Shown here piece after piece: positions 24,863-39,919 of a stretch of 64,000 nt of DNA. The notes beneath the pieces are model-generated. The model made no database searches. It was given only the letters and a program-made list of their open reading frames with translations, and was not told the DNA's origin. Each line of letters begins with the position of its first letter. Position 1 is the stretch's first letter. The stretch covers positions 124,001 through 188,000 of the forward strand of contig JAPEUD010000035.1 of the NCBI GenBank assembly GCA_026026165.1. Reading direction: 5' to 3'. A program made the translations under genes and the position numbers. The stretch is from Sarea resinae. Taxonomy: Eukaryota.

Positions 24863-27800
24863 TCATATCAAATTAGGATGCGCGGCATCTGCCAAGTGAT
24901 CACCATTCATGCCTCTACCTCGTTCTTGCCCGCTTCCTCTGCCATCTTCTTTCTCATCTTCGGCGAGTTCTTCTAGATCAAGCCTTTTTCTCCAATTGGC
25001 AAGGCTCGTGCTCAGCTCGCCGTTCTCAGAAGTCACCGGCGCCTTTTCAAAATCGAATGTGTTGCTGAGGCGATAGTTCTTATTCGTCGTCTCCCAATGA
25101 GTTCGCAGCGTCTCAAGCTCCGAGGCTAGGCTGTCAAGGGCTACCGAATTGCGGTTATCAGGGCCATAGGCCGACTCATTGGTCGCACTGTTGTTGCTCA
25201 GGTTCCGGTGATGACCCAAGAGACCATTGGGCATGACTTGCTGTGACTGCCGACGGTAAGTATCCACAGACGACTCAACCTGGTCGAGAAGAAGAGCGAC
25301 TTTCTGCTCCGCATCAACAGCTCGAGTTTCGAGAAGCGCATTCTCACTCTTGAGCTGTTCGATATCGGCACGAGCCTGTTCTGTCGCCGCAGAGAGGTCA
25401 TGCTGCACCTGTAGATTATCCGTCTTGTAGTGGTCTCTTTCCTCGGTCGTTGCTCTGAGCTCATCGCGGACATCATGCATCTGCTGCTCGAGCTGGTCAA
25501 CCGAGCTCCGGACTCTTTGATGCAAGTCTTCGATCTCTTGTTGCAGTGCTTGTCGCTCCTCCTCCCACTCGGACGACGGTTGTGACGAGCTTGTCTTCTG
25601 CGCTTCCTCCAGATCCTCTTGCAACTGAGCGTTCTGACTCTTGTACTTGGCAAGCTCATCCTTCATGCGCTTGAGCATCTTCTCCGTCCCCTTTACATAG
25701 TGCACAGCAGATTGGTAGTCATTTTCGAGCTGTTCCAGCTTTTCACGATACATTTTGTCTGCCTCTTGCTCTCGGACTTCGAAGTCGGATTTGGTCTCAC
25801 GCTGAGCTTTGAGACTCGCCTCAAGTTGTTGCTCCAGTTCGCGTAGACGGAGTTGCTCCGGCGTTCCATAGCGAGAACCTGGACTTTCAAGGCTACGGGA
25901 TCTCCGGGCCTCGGCGGCACTTATTCCCCGTTCGCCCAGAATATCCTTGAGAGCTCCATGCTGAACTGCAATCGCGTTGGCTTCAAGTTGCGTGCTCGCC
26001 AGGTGCTGTCGTAAATCCGTGTTCTGGGCTTGCAGTGACTGAGCCTCACGCATCGTCGTCTGCAGCTGTTTGCGGATTGAAAGGCCTTCCCGGCTAGCTT
26101 GCTCTTGATATGCTTCAAGACCTGCGATTCTCTCCTCGGCTCGTCGGAGCTTGTCACATGCTGCATCCGCGGCTTCCTGATTCTTTCTTACCAAGGCATT
26201 CGCGTCTTGAACCTGCTGTTGAAGAATCCCGATTTGGCCGTCGTTGACCGGACTTCGCACTCCTCCGGACTCTCTGCTGGTCAATTTTTCCAGTCCCGAA
26301 GCGATGGTTTGCCGATGAATCCTAGCTTCCTCTGCATGCCTCTCGGCAAGGTCTTCAACATCCTGCAACTTGCTCCTCAGAGCCTCCAGTTCTGCCTTGC
26401 TCTTCTGAAGCTCCGACTTCAGCTCAAGCTGGTCGCTCTCCGCTGCTTCGCGTCGCCCCCTCTCCTCCTCGAGCTTCTTCTCCAAAAGCGCAGCCTTGTC
26501 GGTAGAAGAAGTGACAGCGTCACGGAGCGAGACCAGGATATCTGAGTGGTCGGTCGAAGCAGAGACTGCCTCTTCGAGTCTCGCTTTCAGATCGTCTCTT
26601 TCAAGCTGTAGAAGCTTCCAGGCCGCTAGAACTTCCGCAGATTTTGCCGCCTCATCCCTCGCTGTCTTCTCCGCTTCATATAATTCAGCTCTGAGACTCT
26701 CCGATTCGGAGGCTGTACGTTCCTTGTAGGTGTCTAGCTCCGAGATTCGCCTCTGAGACGCATCCGCAGTTTCTTCGGCAAGATGTCTTGCTTGTTTTTC
26801 CGCCTGTACCTCAGCGTTCAGAAGGTCCAGCTTGGATTTCAGCTCGGTTTGCTGAGAAAGGGATGACGCTAATCTCCGATTGATAACCTCCATGTGATCA
26901 TGATCAAGCTCTCCACCTTCTCTGGAGTCCGATTGAGGGGTACCTCTGCGGCTACCACCCCCATGAGCTGCCAGCTTGGCCTTTGCGTAAACTGCTTCGC
27001 TCACGGCAGCATCTCTTTGTCTCTCGACTTCGGCAATCTTTTGAGCAGCTTCAATAGCATGTGACTCAACCGATCCTTGCACTTTTGCAAGCTCCGCTCT
27101 CATCCCCAGCAAAGCCTCGATCAAAGGCCGATCATCATCTCCGAAAACGCCTGGCGTCCGTTCGTCAAGTATAGGACTGTTTGATTGATTCGGGTGATAG
27201 CCTGCTTTTCGAGCCAAGGCCAGTTCTGAAGCAAACCAGGCATTTTGACTTTTTGCTGCTTCCAATTCCGATCTCAATGCCTGATTCTCATGATCCAATT
27301 GGGGCGTAGGCGTAGGCGTTGGCGTCGCAGTCGAAGTCTTCTCTGTTTTATCACTTCCCAGAGCAGGTTGCTGCGGCGCCGGGTTTGACTGTACATTGAC
27401 CTGCCTGTCACGAGAAGAGCTGACGCTGTCTAATGAGTCCTGTCCTCGAGCCGAACGAGATCGAGAACGGACGGGCGTCCCGTTGATGATTGGACTTTCC
27501 AATGGATCCTTTGGCTTTGAAGCTCCCCTTGGTTGCTGTTGAGTTGGCGTGCGTCTTCCACCGGTGGTAGGGCTCTCTTCTGGTGTGGGAGAAGGAGGCT
27601 TCTGTCTTAGAACAGGGGACCTGTTCTCTTTGTCGAGCGATGCGGCCCTGACAGTGTCCACGGGTGGACCGTGACCTTTCTCGACCCTGGTAGGCGTTTT
27701 ACTTCGAGGACCTGAAGATGACGGGATTATTCCATTTGTTCTCGGAGGAGGGGCTTGCTGCTGTGGAGGAGGGCCAGATGGTGCTTGTGCGATTGAGGCG

Positions 27801-29601
27801 CGCGGAAGTCTGGACCCAGGTCCTCCAAGCCCAGGCCCGGAAGGGCTTGCTTGGTTCGGGTCAGTCCCTCTACCGAATGGATTCGGCCCTGCCATGACAC
27901 TTTCTCGCGGCGCTCCATTTATTCGTCGCTGCTGGCCATCAATTGGTCCGTGCATGCCCTCTCGAGAGTGTAAGACTCTGCCTTGAGGTATCGCGGACTT
28001 CTCCCCACCGCTCGGTCTGCGATTCCCCTGAACCCTTTCGCCAGAGGTCGGTTGGTCATTCGGATATCGAATCTTGGAGGTGTCAAGGATATACATTAAG
28101 CTAAGCTCGCTGGGATCGCGCGGAGCGGAGCTTGGCTCTCCGGCCAATACGACAATCATTTTGCCAAAAGCCGTCATGCTATGACCCGATCGCGGAGATG
28201 GAGAAGGACCCATGTTTTGAAAGGTATACCACCGTCTGGAAGAGATGCGGAAAGCTGCGAGATCACCAAGATCGTTACCCTCTTCGGTTCGACCACCAAA
28301 AATATACATAACGTCATTGACAAGTGCTGCTGCGTGACCCTCTCGAGGGGCAGGTATGTAGCCTATACAGTCAAGCTGGGTCCATAGATTTGTTCGAGGG
28401 TCGTACGACCACACGTCGTTGAACCACTGTATACCATTCGTGCCGCCAAACCTTCAAGATTGTCAGACTGACACCGCGATACATGCGAGAGAGCTTTGAC
28501 TTACAGGTATAATTTGTCATTCCAGCTGATAATGGTATGATTACTTCGCGCCGGTGGTATCTGCCCAGTTGGGGGTCCTCCGTCATTACTACTCGCGATT
28601 AAAATCTCCCACCGATTAGTGGGTAGTTGTAAGGCATTTAGATCGAAACATGCGAGGTCATTGAAGAAATAACCCTCGACTTGACCTCCGAAGACATAAA
28701 TTTTCGAGCCTAGCAGATTGAGGGTATGACCATATCGTCCTGCTGGTCTCGGCCCTGGAGGCATCGCTCTCGACCACTGACGGGTAGCTGGAAGCAATCA
28801 GCGCCACATCGAAAGAAGCGGCTGTTCAAACGGAGTCATACCAGTATTAAGCAGGTACAATGTATCATCCTGCATGTCCCTATCATCCATCTTGGTATCT
28901 CCTCCGTACACGATGAACGCATTCCCAACTAGCAAACTCGCATGCCCAACCCTTGGACCTGGCCCTTCCGAAGTCGTGGCCAGCGGGAAACAAGCTAAAT
29001 TTCCACCTCCAGCCTCTACCATCCACAGGTCACCTTTGACCGTGGATCCATTGATCAATCCACCCATCAGATAGACATCGCCTTCTTTAGACGCGACAGC
29101 ATTGACCGCCGCCCCGTATCGTGGGAATGGGCTTGCATTGCTTGTTGTAAACGTCAAACGGCGCTGTGACCAAGGGTATAGAGACGCATTCGGGTTGGAC
29201 GTCGTATTTGCATGACCATTTCGCAGACCCTATCGCAAAGATTTAGCAGCGGATTGGAAATGGGCTACCGATGAAGAACATCGAACAAGAAGTTCTCTGC
29301 CGGAACAGCTCCCTCCTTGGACTTGATTGATGTGACAACTTACGTGAACTTCATGATCTAATCGGTCTCGCGATAATTTCTGATCTGGACTCGGAGTATT
29401 GGCACCACCCAGAGAATTCAGCGAATTGTTGACACTGCTTCCCGGTGTCGGTGTCTGATTTGGCGGTCGGTCCTTGCCATCCTTCTCCTTTCCCACGACA
29501 AAACCATTGGTGGCGGGTGCTGGCCCTCCTGACGACGTTATGTCCCTGGTCGCAGGCGGTATAGCGCTCTGGTGCTTCTTGGACTTGAACAGGAAAGCCA
29601 T
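24863..29601 (-). CDS. teaA: Kelch-repeat cell-polarity protein TeaA/Tea1/Kel1 (4 exons)
   Basis: MAFLFKSKK N-terminus, kelch repeats (LYPWSQRRL, PRYG, GPRVGHASLLVGNAFIVYGGD, GRYGHTLN, PREGHAAALV, PRSGHSMT) and a long coiled-coil C-terminus (LENDYQSAVHYVKGTEKMLKRMK). Confidence 0.93.
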
Positions 29602-32600
29602 CTCTAGAGAATGGCGCGCACGTCGCCAGCGAGCATCACTGAACTGATCGAGGCAAGCGACGGAATCGAAAGAGTGAAATGTCGTGAAGGGGCGTCAAGG
29701 GAAATGTTTCGTGGAGCAGCAGCGTGGAAGACCAAACTCAGGGAATGGGGGTAAGTACAACTGGTGGACAGGGAAAAGGCCGTGCGATACTCTCTCTGTC
29801 TGAGTACAGGAGTACGAGCCGTAGGAGGAGGGATGGAAGTACAGAGTACGAAGTCACCCGTCGGAGTACTTCGTAGCTCTGATGTGTTTGGTGTATTTCT
29901 GCACGGTATGTCTGGAAGCTGGTACTACCACAGCACTTGAGCTAGGTACCATAGACAGGTACCACTAACTGCCGACCCCTTGGCCTTAGCGGGCCGGCGG
30001 ATTGCTGATGCAAAGAATTGAACGAGACTGAGATGATGAGAACAAGAAAAAGACTGGAACGCTCCAACCTGGGTGTCGATATGAGTTGGACGCAAGATTG
30101 ATAGGAAATCTTCTGTAGATAGGAGATAGGGAGCTGACTTGGCCGTCCCTCTTTCTGCCCCTTTGGTCCTTGCCCTGGTCTTTGCCCTGGTCTTTGGTCC
30201 TTTCTGCCTCCCGCCCGCCTCGCCTCGCCTGGCCGCCTTCTTTAATTCTTGGTAGAGTTACTGCACTACTATGAGTATGTACCTACTCCGAGTATTCTAT
30301 TCTGGTGTGAAGGCCCCTGGACTGCGAGGGCACTAGTCCCAAACGATACAGATCCGCCGGTACGTCAGGTACAAGTATCCTCTTTGCCTTTGCAACCTCT
30401 GATTTACCGGGAAGGAGGTACAAAGTGCTTGGCGTTGCTATGCATAAGGTAGATTCCAGTGTTTCCTGTTTGATCGGATCCAGCTCTCTCCTCTCGATTT
30501 GCAGCTACTGCAGTGCCATTGAATCATCTCGTAGTATTCAAACAAATGGAGTCTACGAACACTGTCTCATAATTCCCCTCTCGGCTCGGATATTTAAACC
30601 ATTGTGATTCCTGCATCACTCGATTGCATTATCGATACGTGGAAATTGCTGCCCACCGTCTCGCTCTACTTGTCCTCCTCTGTACTCTCGACGACTTCTA
30701 CTTTACTACTGCACGGTTGATAGCTGCCATCACTATCACACGCGCGTTTCCCCTCAATCCGGCTTAGCTGATCCCGGGGCCTGTCGCGTTGATCTTGTTG
30801 CCGGGTCCTTTCGCACCAAAACAAGGGGGCAGAAAAAAAAAGGAGGCCTATCCACACCACAATTTTCTTATCGCTTTCGACCGACCCCTGAGCAATGATA
30901 TTGCAGGCCAAGTTGGATCTTGACATGAACCAATTGGCATGTCGATGACTTCCATACTGCGTACCGTCAGCATCTTATCGAGTCATGCAATGTCGTTCAA
31001 CCCAAGGTACGGATCTGTGCTCCCATACTATTATCACACATGGCTGTGACCTTTGCTTTGCCGAGATCGCGCAACTTTGATATTCGGGTCGGCGTTTCAG
31101 GACCTTTGATAGTGTGAGTGCGAATAAGGTACTCTAGTCATCACGCCTGCCCTATCCTTGCGAGTTGTTAGGCAATGATAATATCAGCATCCATCGCTTC
31201 TGATCCCGACTTCTGACATGTTGATCCGCTTATTGAATTATGCAAACGCTGATTGGAAGATTGAAATTTATACGGGCGGCTGGGAACTTCGTGGCTAGGG
31301 CGGTGTGCAAAATGTTTATCGATAAGCCTGCGAATCTCTTGCCATAGAACTACTACAGGATGGCCGGCATCATGCTTCCTGCTGGTACTGGACAGTAGCT
31401 ATATCGTTTCCTGTCGACAGTGTTTCGGTCCCCCTACTGTCGTGATCAAGGTTCTGATCATTGTGAGTGGCGGCAAGGCGTAGAAGCCATCCTCCCAGTA
31501 GACATGTCTCGAAAACGAAATCCCAGAGCAGATTACCGAATTTTGGCTGCTCTGCCTTCTGACTGAGTTGGATTTGGCTAACGGCTGTGGAGCCCCATCT
31601 CTGGTTCCTTGTTCCTTCTCTATTGCTGCTGAATCCCATTGTCCTTTCATTGTTAATGATGTATTATCTCTTCTTAGAAAAGCTTGGCTTGCTGGTGGGA
31701 ATTTCGAGATAGTCACAAGACACCAGCCAGATATTAGAAGGCCAACTCTAACCCTCGACGGTGTAGAAATCAACAAACATCTGGCGCTTCACCTTCGCAA
31801 AGATTTCCTGGAACAGGTATTAGAATCAGAAAACTCCTTGGGCGGTCGAGCGACGCATCAATGCTAGGAGGTCTCTGTTGGAAGGATGAGCTGCATGATG
31901 CATCAGCTATTTTCTCGACTTAAGATATGAGCTTGCAGCGACGCTTGGCTGATCAAGATTGGCGAAGATCCTCTTCTGTGTACGAGTAGGAGAACCTCGT
32001 GTCTCACACATTCTGTTATGATATCATAAGTACCGTTGGGTATTTCACAGATAGGAAGTGTGTGCATCACGAGGGCGCCGGCTTCGCTACCTTACTGCGC
32101 AGTACTGGCTTTCCGTCGAGGTACTTCGTACATTCGGTCTTGCGAAATGACCTTGCGCTGAGGCTCTGCTTGCACTCTTTCCCCATAGCGACATTGTACA
32201 AAGACATGCACGGGGGAGTTTTGTCTCACTGCGACCACGGCTGTCTGGCCGTCAATCCGTAATCGTCTCGATAGTCCTGTGAAGTACAGGTAAGCTGGTG
32301 TCCTGATATACGCGGTAGTGTCTAGAGTCGCACTGACGATGTTGGAATGGAGATTCTCATATAAGCTACCGACCTGCACCGTTTAACTCACCAAAGAACC
32401 GCTATCAACACGCATCTCGAGCTGTGGATTGACGATTGCTCGAGTCTTCCTTGAGACTCGTCAGCGATACGCTCATACACTATACAGGGCTATTTGTGCC
32501 TGGTCGGCCCCGTCAAAACCAGTGAAGATTCATTGCAGGGCACAGTCAGTGTGATCCTCGAACCGGTCGACGACCGCAATCTCCACTCTCGATTTGGCGG

Positions 32601-32665
32601 TGGATAGCGACATCGTATCCGCGAGATGCCGGTAGAGCGCTGATAGTGAACAAGATTGAGCGGTG

Positions 32666-35600
32666 ATGGCGGACCGCCAGCAGACATACCCGACAAATGG
32701 CGGATTCGCCAATCACGATAGTAGGGCGAAGGAGAACGGCGACCATAATGTATCGTCAGATAGCCAAGAATATACCAATGGATATACGACGACCCCTTCT
32801 AGGCCTCAAGGTGGCTCTGCTTCATCTTCATCAGCGGACAGTAGCTCTCGTGAGGACACCGGAAGGAATGCACTCTTAGAGCCTCATCGACCACAAACCT
32901 CATCAGACATGAACGGAGCCACTATGCCAAGCCCAGTGGCTGAGGAATCGCAGGGAATACCCAATGTTGAGGATGTAGCTACAAATGGGAGGCGAACAAA
33001 TGGCCGACAAAAACCGCAGCTGCATCGGTCCAAAAGTGATATTGGGCCTAGAGGAGAAGCGATGATGAGAGATGCCCGCGCTCATGAAGAAGGGGTCTGG
33101 ATGATGAGACATGGATGGGAAGACCAGCATACATCCGAAGAATACTTATCTCTATTGACCTCCGTAAGTATCATACCTTTTTTTTCAACGACACCTGCGT
33201 AAATGTGAATGATTTAAGGTGAATGTTTTGTCTAACGTTCATGTCTTCAGACGTTCTACATGTACTACACCGACAAGCGTCACGAATCTGGAGGCAATCC
33301 GAAGGAGGAGACATATCCCCTTCAAGAGTGGAGAATGAAGGACCGTCTGAAGACCGTCTCTGCGGCGCTAGTCATTTGTCTCAATATCGGAGTCGATCCA
33401 CCCGATGTCATCAAGACAAACCCAAGCGCCAAACTCGAAGCATGGGTCGATCCATTCTCGTCAAACCTCGCTGCTGCCAAAGCAATGGAGCAGATCGGTA
33501 AGGCCCTGCAGTCTCAGTATGAGACATTGAGTATTCGAACGAGATATAAGCAATATCTTGATCCTTCAGTGGAGGACACCAAAAAGTTCTGCTGCTCTCT
33601 ACGTCGCAACGCCAAAGATGAGAGAGTGCTTTTCCATTACAATGGCCATGGAGTCCCCAAGCCCACACAATCCGGCGAGATATGGGTCTTCAACAAGAAC
33701 TATACCCAGTACATTCCAATATCGCTATACGATCTACAGTCTTGGCTTGGAGCACCAAGTTTGTTTGTTTACGACTGCTCTGAAGCTGGGAACATCATTC
33801 ATAACTTCAATCGATTCATCGATAAACATGAGGCTGAGAATGCAGATTTGCGTTCAAAAGATCCTAACGCGCAGATCATGAATTTCAGCGACTGCATCCA
33901 ATTAGCCGCTTGTGGCAGGTCAGAGAGTTTACCAACGAATCCCGACCTTCCAGCAGATCTTTTCACTTCCTGCTTGACTACTCCGATTGAGATTGCGCTT
34001 CGATTCTTCTGCTTACAAAACCCATTACCGAGCAACTTGGACCTTGAAAGCGTTTCGAAAATGCCAGGCCGTTTACAGGAGAGACGGACACCTCTAGGTG
34101 AATTGAACTGGATTTTCACGGCGATAACAGATACCATCGCATGGAATATCCTTCCACGAACGTTATTCAAGAAGCTTTTCCGGCAAGACCTCATGGTGGC
34201 GGCGTTGTTCCGGAACTTTCTCCTTGCTCAGAGGATAATGAGGGTCTATCAATGCCACCCCCAGTCGTCTCCCGAACTTCCAGACACGCACCATCATCCG
34301 CTATGGCAGAGTTGGGACTTGGCAGTTGAAATGGTCCTTGCTCAACTCCCAGCTCTTCAGCGAGACCCAGAGGGCTACGAGTATCAGCACTCAGCTTTCT
34401 TCACCGAGCAGCTCACTGCGTTTGAAGTCTATCTCAGTCAAGGCGCCGTTGAACAAAAAGCGCCGGACCAGCTGCCTATTGTGCTCCAGGTCTTGCTCAG
34501 TCAAGTTCATCGACTGCGGGCCCTCATTCTTCTCAGCAAATTCCTTGATCTAGGCCCATGGGCGGTCAATCTTGCTTTGAGCATCGGAATTTTTCCCTAT
34601 GTCCTCAAGCTTCTCCAATCTGCGGCACAGGAACTGAAGCCAGTCATGGTATTTATCTGGGCAAGAATCTTAGCAGTCGACCAGTCGTGTCAGACTGATC
34701 TTCTCAAGGACAATGGATATCAGTACTTCATTAGCATTCTCAATCCTACGTCGGGTATCCCTGTTGGAAATGCAAGCGAACATCGAGCCATGTGCGCTTT
34801 CATTGTTGCCATGTTCTGCAAGGGTTTCAAACAGGGACAAGCGGTTTGCTTGAGCCCAGAATTGATTGAAGGTTGCCTTCGGCACTTGAATGATGCGGAA
34901 AACCCTCTCTTACGACAGTGGTCTTGCCTCTGCATTAGCATGCTCTGGGTGGGGTTTCCAGAAGCAAAGTGGGTAGGCATTCGTTGTCTGGCTCATCGAT
35001 ACTTGTGCGAGATGGCACTGGATCCTGTACCCGAAGTTCGGACAGCGATGCTACATGCCTTGACGAACTTTTTGGGAATCCCCGATCTCACAGATCAAAT
35101 TGCTCAGATCGAAGAGTCCATTGCCTCAACCATTCTTGTCATGACAACAGATGGGAGCAACATGGTTCGGAAGGAGCTTCTCGTTTTTTTCTCTACGTTC
35201 GTCAAGAGGTACGAGAATAAATTCCTGGTTGCTGCATACGAGCAGGTTCTTGAGGAAAGAGAAAACATGCTTCGCGGCCAGTCAGGTGACGACGCGGAAA
35301 TTAGACCCAGCTCCCTAGATATGAAGAGATTCAACAAAGGTATCAACGGTGATAGTAGGGAGCAGAGCCTCTCACACGATACTGTATACGCCTCGATTTG
35401 GAAACATCTTCTTATCATGTCGGTTGACCCACATCCCGAGATATCTCTGAACGCTAGCCTTGTTGTTGATTACGTGCATAACTCTGCTCTTCAATCTCCA
35501 CTTGCACCCTTGTTTCAGACGGCGATCGATGACGTTCTTCGGTCTGTACGCCGACCTCTTGCATTAAATGCAACCACGGAGTTTGCGAGAGGGCCATCCC

Positions 35601-37321
35601 AGATTCCCTTGTCGCCTTCGAGGTCTATGGCCGCAAGACAGGAGGGCTATCTGTCTTTGGGCATGAAGCGAACAGCTAGCGTGGCTGCGTCATTGAAGAA
35701 TTTTGCGTTCGGACTTCCTACGAGTGCTGATTCATCGCCAACTTCTACTGTGAAGAGTACGCCGGGCAAAGGAGCGCAGCAAAATCGATTTTCCGCCCCA
35801 CCTCGCTCTCTTACGCCGGCTGAGTGGAATCTTCCGCCAGACGACAATGATCGGTCTACTACATCGGCAGCTTATCAGGTTGCAAGGACTCCCGTCTCGA
35901 AGGGCTTCAAACCAAGGAATGTGAGGGATCAACCTTCCATTCCATTGCCCAGCCGATTCTTGGAATGGTCCATCGAGGTAATATGCTTCAATCTGTAAAC
36001 ACATAATTTTGCCTGACAAGATACTAGTATTTCCGCGAGCCTCAGATGAAGCCAAGCGAGGCAGATGAGCCCGGCAGCGTCGATTATAATCAACGCCTGT
36101 GGAGGAGGACTCGAAATGAAAAGATCATTGTAATGACGCAACCACAAAAAGAACAGGCTGGTAGTAGCCGTTGGGATCACGCATCTGGGTTCTTCAATAA
36201 TGGGGGCCAGCCGATGAAAATGTGCTTTCATCAATTTGAGGATCATCTTGCTGTCACCGATGACAGAGACACCATCTGGTAAGCCTTTCGCTATCTTTTT
36301 CTGAGGTATCTTAGCTGAATCCGCGAAGCATCTGGGACTGGCAGCGTCAAGCAAGACTGAGTCGATTCTCAAACGGCAATCCAGCGGGCTCCAAAATAAC
36401 CGAGTCCCGGTTCATCAATGAAGACGACCAAGCTCTCTTAATGACGGGATCTTCTGATGGAGTTATCAAAGTCTTCCGTAATTACGAATCTGCGCAGAAG
36501 GCTGAGGTCGTCTGTGCGTTCCGAGCTTTGACGGATTTGGTGCCTAGCAACAAAAATGCAGGACTTGTGTTCGATTGGCAGCAAGGCCAAGGGAAAATTT
36601 TGGTTGCCGGCGACGTCAAAGTCATTAGGGTCTGGAATGCGGCAACCGAAATCTGTACAAATGTAAGTTGCATACTGGCAAGTATAAGACGCATCGACTG
36701 ATTATAATAGGATATTCCTGCGCGTTCGGGCTCCTGCGTCACCTCTCTGACTTCAGACCAAGTTGCTGGGAATGTCTTTGTTGCCGGATTTGGAGATGGG
36801 GCCGTACGTGTGTATGATCAACGGATGAAACCGGCGGAGGCCATGGTAAAAGTGTGGAGAGACCACAAGCAATGGATCAGCAACGTCCACATGCAACGAG
36901 GTGGACTGAGGGAGCTTGTCAGTGGAAGCCGCAATGGAGACGTGAAATTGTGGGATATTCGGATGGACTTGCCATTGAGGACTATCAAGGCGACAAGCAG
37001 CGTCTTGAGGAGCTTGAGCGTCCATGAGCACGCTCCCGTCTTTGCGACGTAAGTCTCAATGCACTGCACTTGCCGACCACTCGCTAATTACGCACTCACA
37101 GAGGCTCCGAACGTCACGCCGTCAAGGTTTTCAACGTCAATGGGGCTTTCTTATCGAGCTTTGAACCCTACTCAAGCTTTCTTCAGCAACACCGTTCCTC
37201 ACCTATCTCGGCCACCGCATTCCACCCGCACCGTATGATGTTGGCTTGTTCCGCTCTTAATGATAATCATATCAACATATTCACTTGCGAGGATAAGGGG
37301 CGCATGCCGTGGGAAGGATAG
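32666..37321 (+). CDS. KOG1: TORC1 subunit Raptor/Kog1/Mip1 (6 exons)
   Basis: RNC domain (WRMKDRLKTVSAALVICLNIGVDPPDVIKT, ERVLFHYNGHGVPKPT), HEAT repeats and C-terminal WD40 repeats ending ..AFHPHRMMLAC..GRMPWEG*. Confidence 0.97.
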
Positions 37322-37716
37322 ATGCTGGAGGCAGCGCGGGTAATGATATTTTGCTCTCACAGCGATGTACGACGGACGTTTGGGATGGTTGCATTAATCA
37401 CTGATTGCATTGGGGGGGCAACTGCATTGGCCGGGGGAGTATGGAGCTGGGCACAGTCACGCTTTTCAACGACATGTATGTTGATCGCCGGTAGACGGCA
37501 TAGCTCAAAATTTAATTAATCTGCCGTGATTTCTGGTACCTGATGGTAAAAAGTGTCTCCTGACGTGTGGACTGAAGCGGTGACTCAATTGATCGCTTAC
37601 TCATGCGCACTCAGAAAAGTACCTGCCCTTACCTTAGCATTTGAACCCCACCATCCACTGCACTCTGAGACGAACAAACCCCACCACAACTCTCCAGCTT
37701 CTCAATCGCATTGAAA

Positions 37717-39495
37717 ATGGCCTCAGAGGAAGAAAAGCCAGTGACTGGTGCCGCAGCGCCCTCAAATACCCAGGACCTTCCCGAACGCCCAAAGGAAGAA
37801 GCCGGCGCCCCTTCCAAGAATGCGTTGAAGAAAGCAGCGAAGGAAAAAGAGAAGGCGGAAAAGGCAGCGCGCCGCAAAGAGCAGGAAGAAAAGCAGAAGC
37901 AAGAATCGGCAGCTAGTGACATCTCTTCCGACGACTATGGCGAATTGCCTATGGTCGGTTCTCAGGTCACGCCTCCATCCGGAATCAAGAGGATTGCGTT
38001 GAGCAGCCTCACGGAAAAGGACGAGGATGCCAGTGTCGTCTTTCGCGCCACTGTTCACAATGCTCGGGTACAGTCTGCGAAACTAGCTTTTCTGGTCTTC
38101 GGTCAGAGGATGGAGACCATTCAGGCCGTCGTCGCTGCAAGTGAGAAGCTGTCGCGGCAGATGGTGAAATGGGCTGGTGGGATCAACGCCGAATCTACTG
38201 TTCTTGTGCACGGACTGGTCAAGAAGCCTCTCGAGCCAGTCAAGTCTGCGACGATTTCGGGATTGGAGATCCATGTACAGAAAATATATCTGATCTCGAA
38301 AGCCGAGCCACAATTGCCAATGCAGGTGGAGGATGCTGAGAGGCCTCTACCTTCCGAAGGCGCGGAGGAGGAAGAGGACAGCGGCAGGCCTATCGTGAAG
38401 CTGGACACAAGGTTGAACAACAGATATATCGATCTCAGAGGAATGCACAATCAAGCAATCTTTGCCATCAAGGACGGTGTCTGCGCTTTGTTTGCAGAAT
38501 ATCTTCGAGCCAGGGGTTTTGTTGGAATTCAAACTCCGAAGCTGCTTGGAGCCGCCTCTGAGGGTGGAAGCAATGTGTTCGAAGTCAAGTACTTTGCTAC
38601 AAAGGCTTTCTTGGCGCAAAGCCCTCAGTTGTACAAGCAGATGCTCATTGCCTCGAGATTCGAGAAAGTATTTGAAGTCGGCCCAGTTTTCCGGGCTGAA
38701 AATAGCAATACCGCACGCCATCTAACAGAGGTAATGATATAACCGACTCGGATCATAATGATGGCTAATTTTGCTCTAGTTCACGGGACTTGATTTGGAG
38801 ACGACGTTCGAGGAGAATTATCACGAGGTAGTGGAACTCTTGGAAAACCTCATGCTCTACATCTTCAAGGGTCTGAAGGAGCGCTACGACAAGGAAACCA
38901 AGCTTGTCCGAAGTGTTTACCACGTTGAGGAGTTTAAATTACCAGAAGAAGGAAAGGTGCCTCGTTTGGCCTGGGCTGAAGGCATCAAGATGCTGAGAGA
39001 TGCCGGCGTCAACGTGTCAGAATATGAGGATCTAAGGTAAGGATGAGTTACTCTCGTGGGCAATATCTGCTAACAATACCTAGCACCCCCGATGAGAAGT
39101 TCCTTGGCAAACTCGTTCTCGAGAAGTACGGCACCGACTTCTACGTTTTGGATCAATTCCCTCTGGGCGTCCGTCCATTCTACACGATGCCATCTCCTCA
39201 CAACCCGAAATTATCCAATTCGTACGATTTCTTCATGCGTGGACAGGAGATCCTCTCCGGCGCTCAACGTATCCACAATGCGGAGTTTCTGAAGAAGAGA
39301 ATGCGGGAACACGAGACACCGGTTGATCCGGAAAGCCCTGGCCTGAAGGACTACGTCAACAGCTTCCGATATGGATGTCCACCGCATGCGGGAGGTGGCA
39401 TTGGCCTCGAACGTATTGTCATGCTGTGGCTTGGACTACCAAACATCAGACTTGCGAGTCTCTTCCCCCGCGACCCTGTCCGACTGATGCCGTAA
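37717..39495 (+). CDS. DPS1: Cytosolic aspartyl-tRNA synthetase (3 exons)
   Basis: OB-fold, [23 protein letters not shown], motif 2 [32 protein letters not shown] and motif 3 [12 protein letters not shown]. Confidence 0.97.
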
Positions 39496-39919
39496 TTTGT
39501 CGGCGAGGAGGGTAATCAGCTTGACCTTATGAAGAGATGTACCTGGCCGGTTGGTGTTTAGCTAGAAATGAAAATGAATTGAATGTGGATTCTTGTCATT
39601 CCAGATATAGGGATGACCACCTGCGCAGTAGTGTTTGGAAGAACATGATTTTCATGCTCACTGGGGAGTGGCCCGTGCGTAGGCATATGTACTCTACACA
39701 CAGTAGCAAATGAACTTATCTCGACGACGTCAACGGCGCTCGACACTAAACTGCAACATGGAAATGCTCTATTGCCAGTTCTGAGTGAAGGCAGAGCACA
39801 TGAGTATGCTTACAGCTGCACAAAGACGCCCTTTTGACGGCCACTCCATCAATTGATTACCTTCGATTCCTTCCAACCCTCGACGATCCATCTGTCTTTG
39901 ATCACGAGCCTCGACCATC

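Noticed and set aside
30880..31230. Possible box C/D snoRNAs (ATGATA...CTGA)
   Set aside because: Box C is imperfect, the spacing is too short, and I recognised no terminal stem or rRNA complement.
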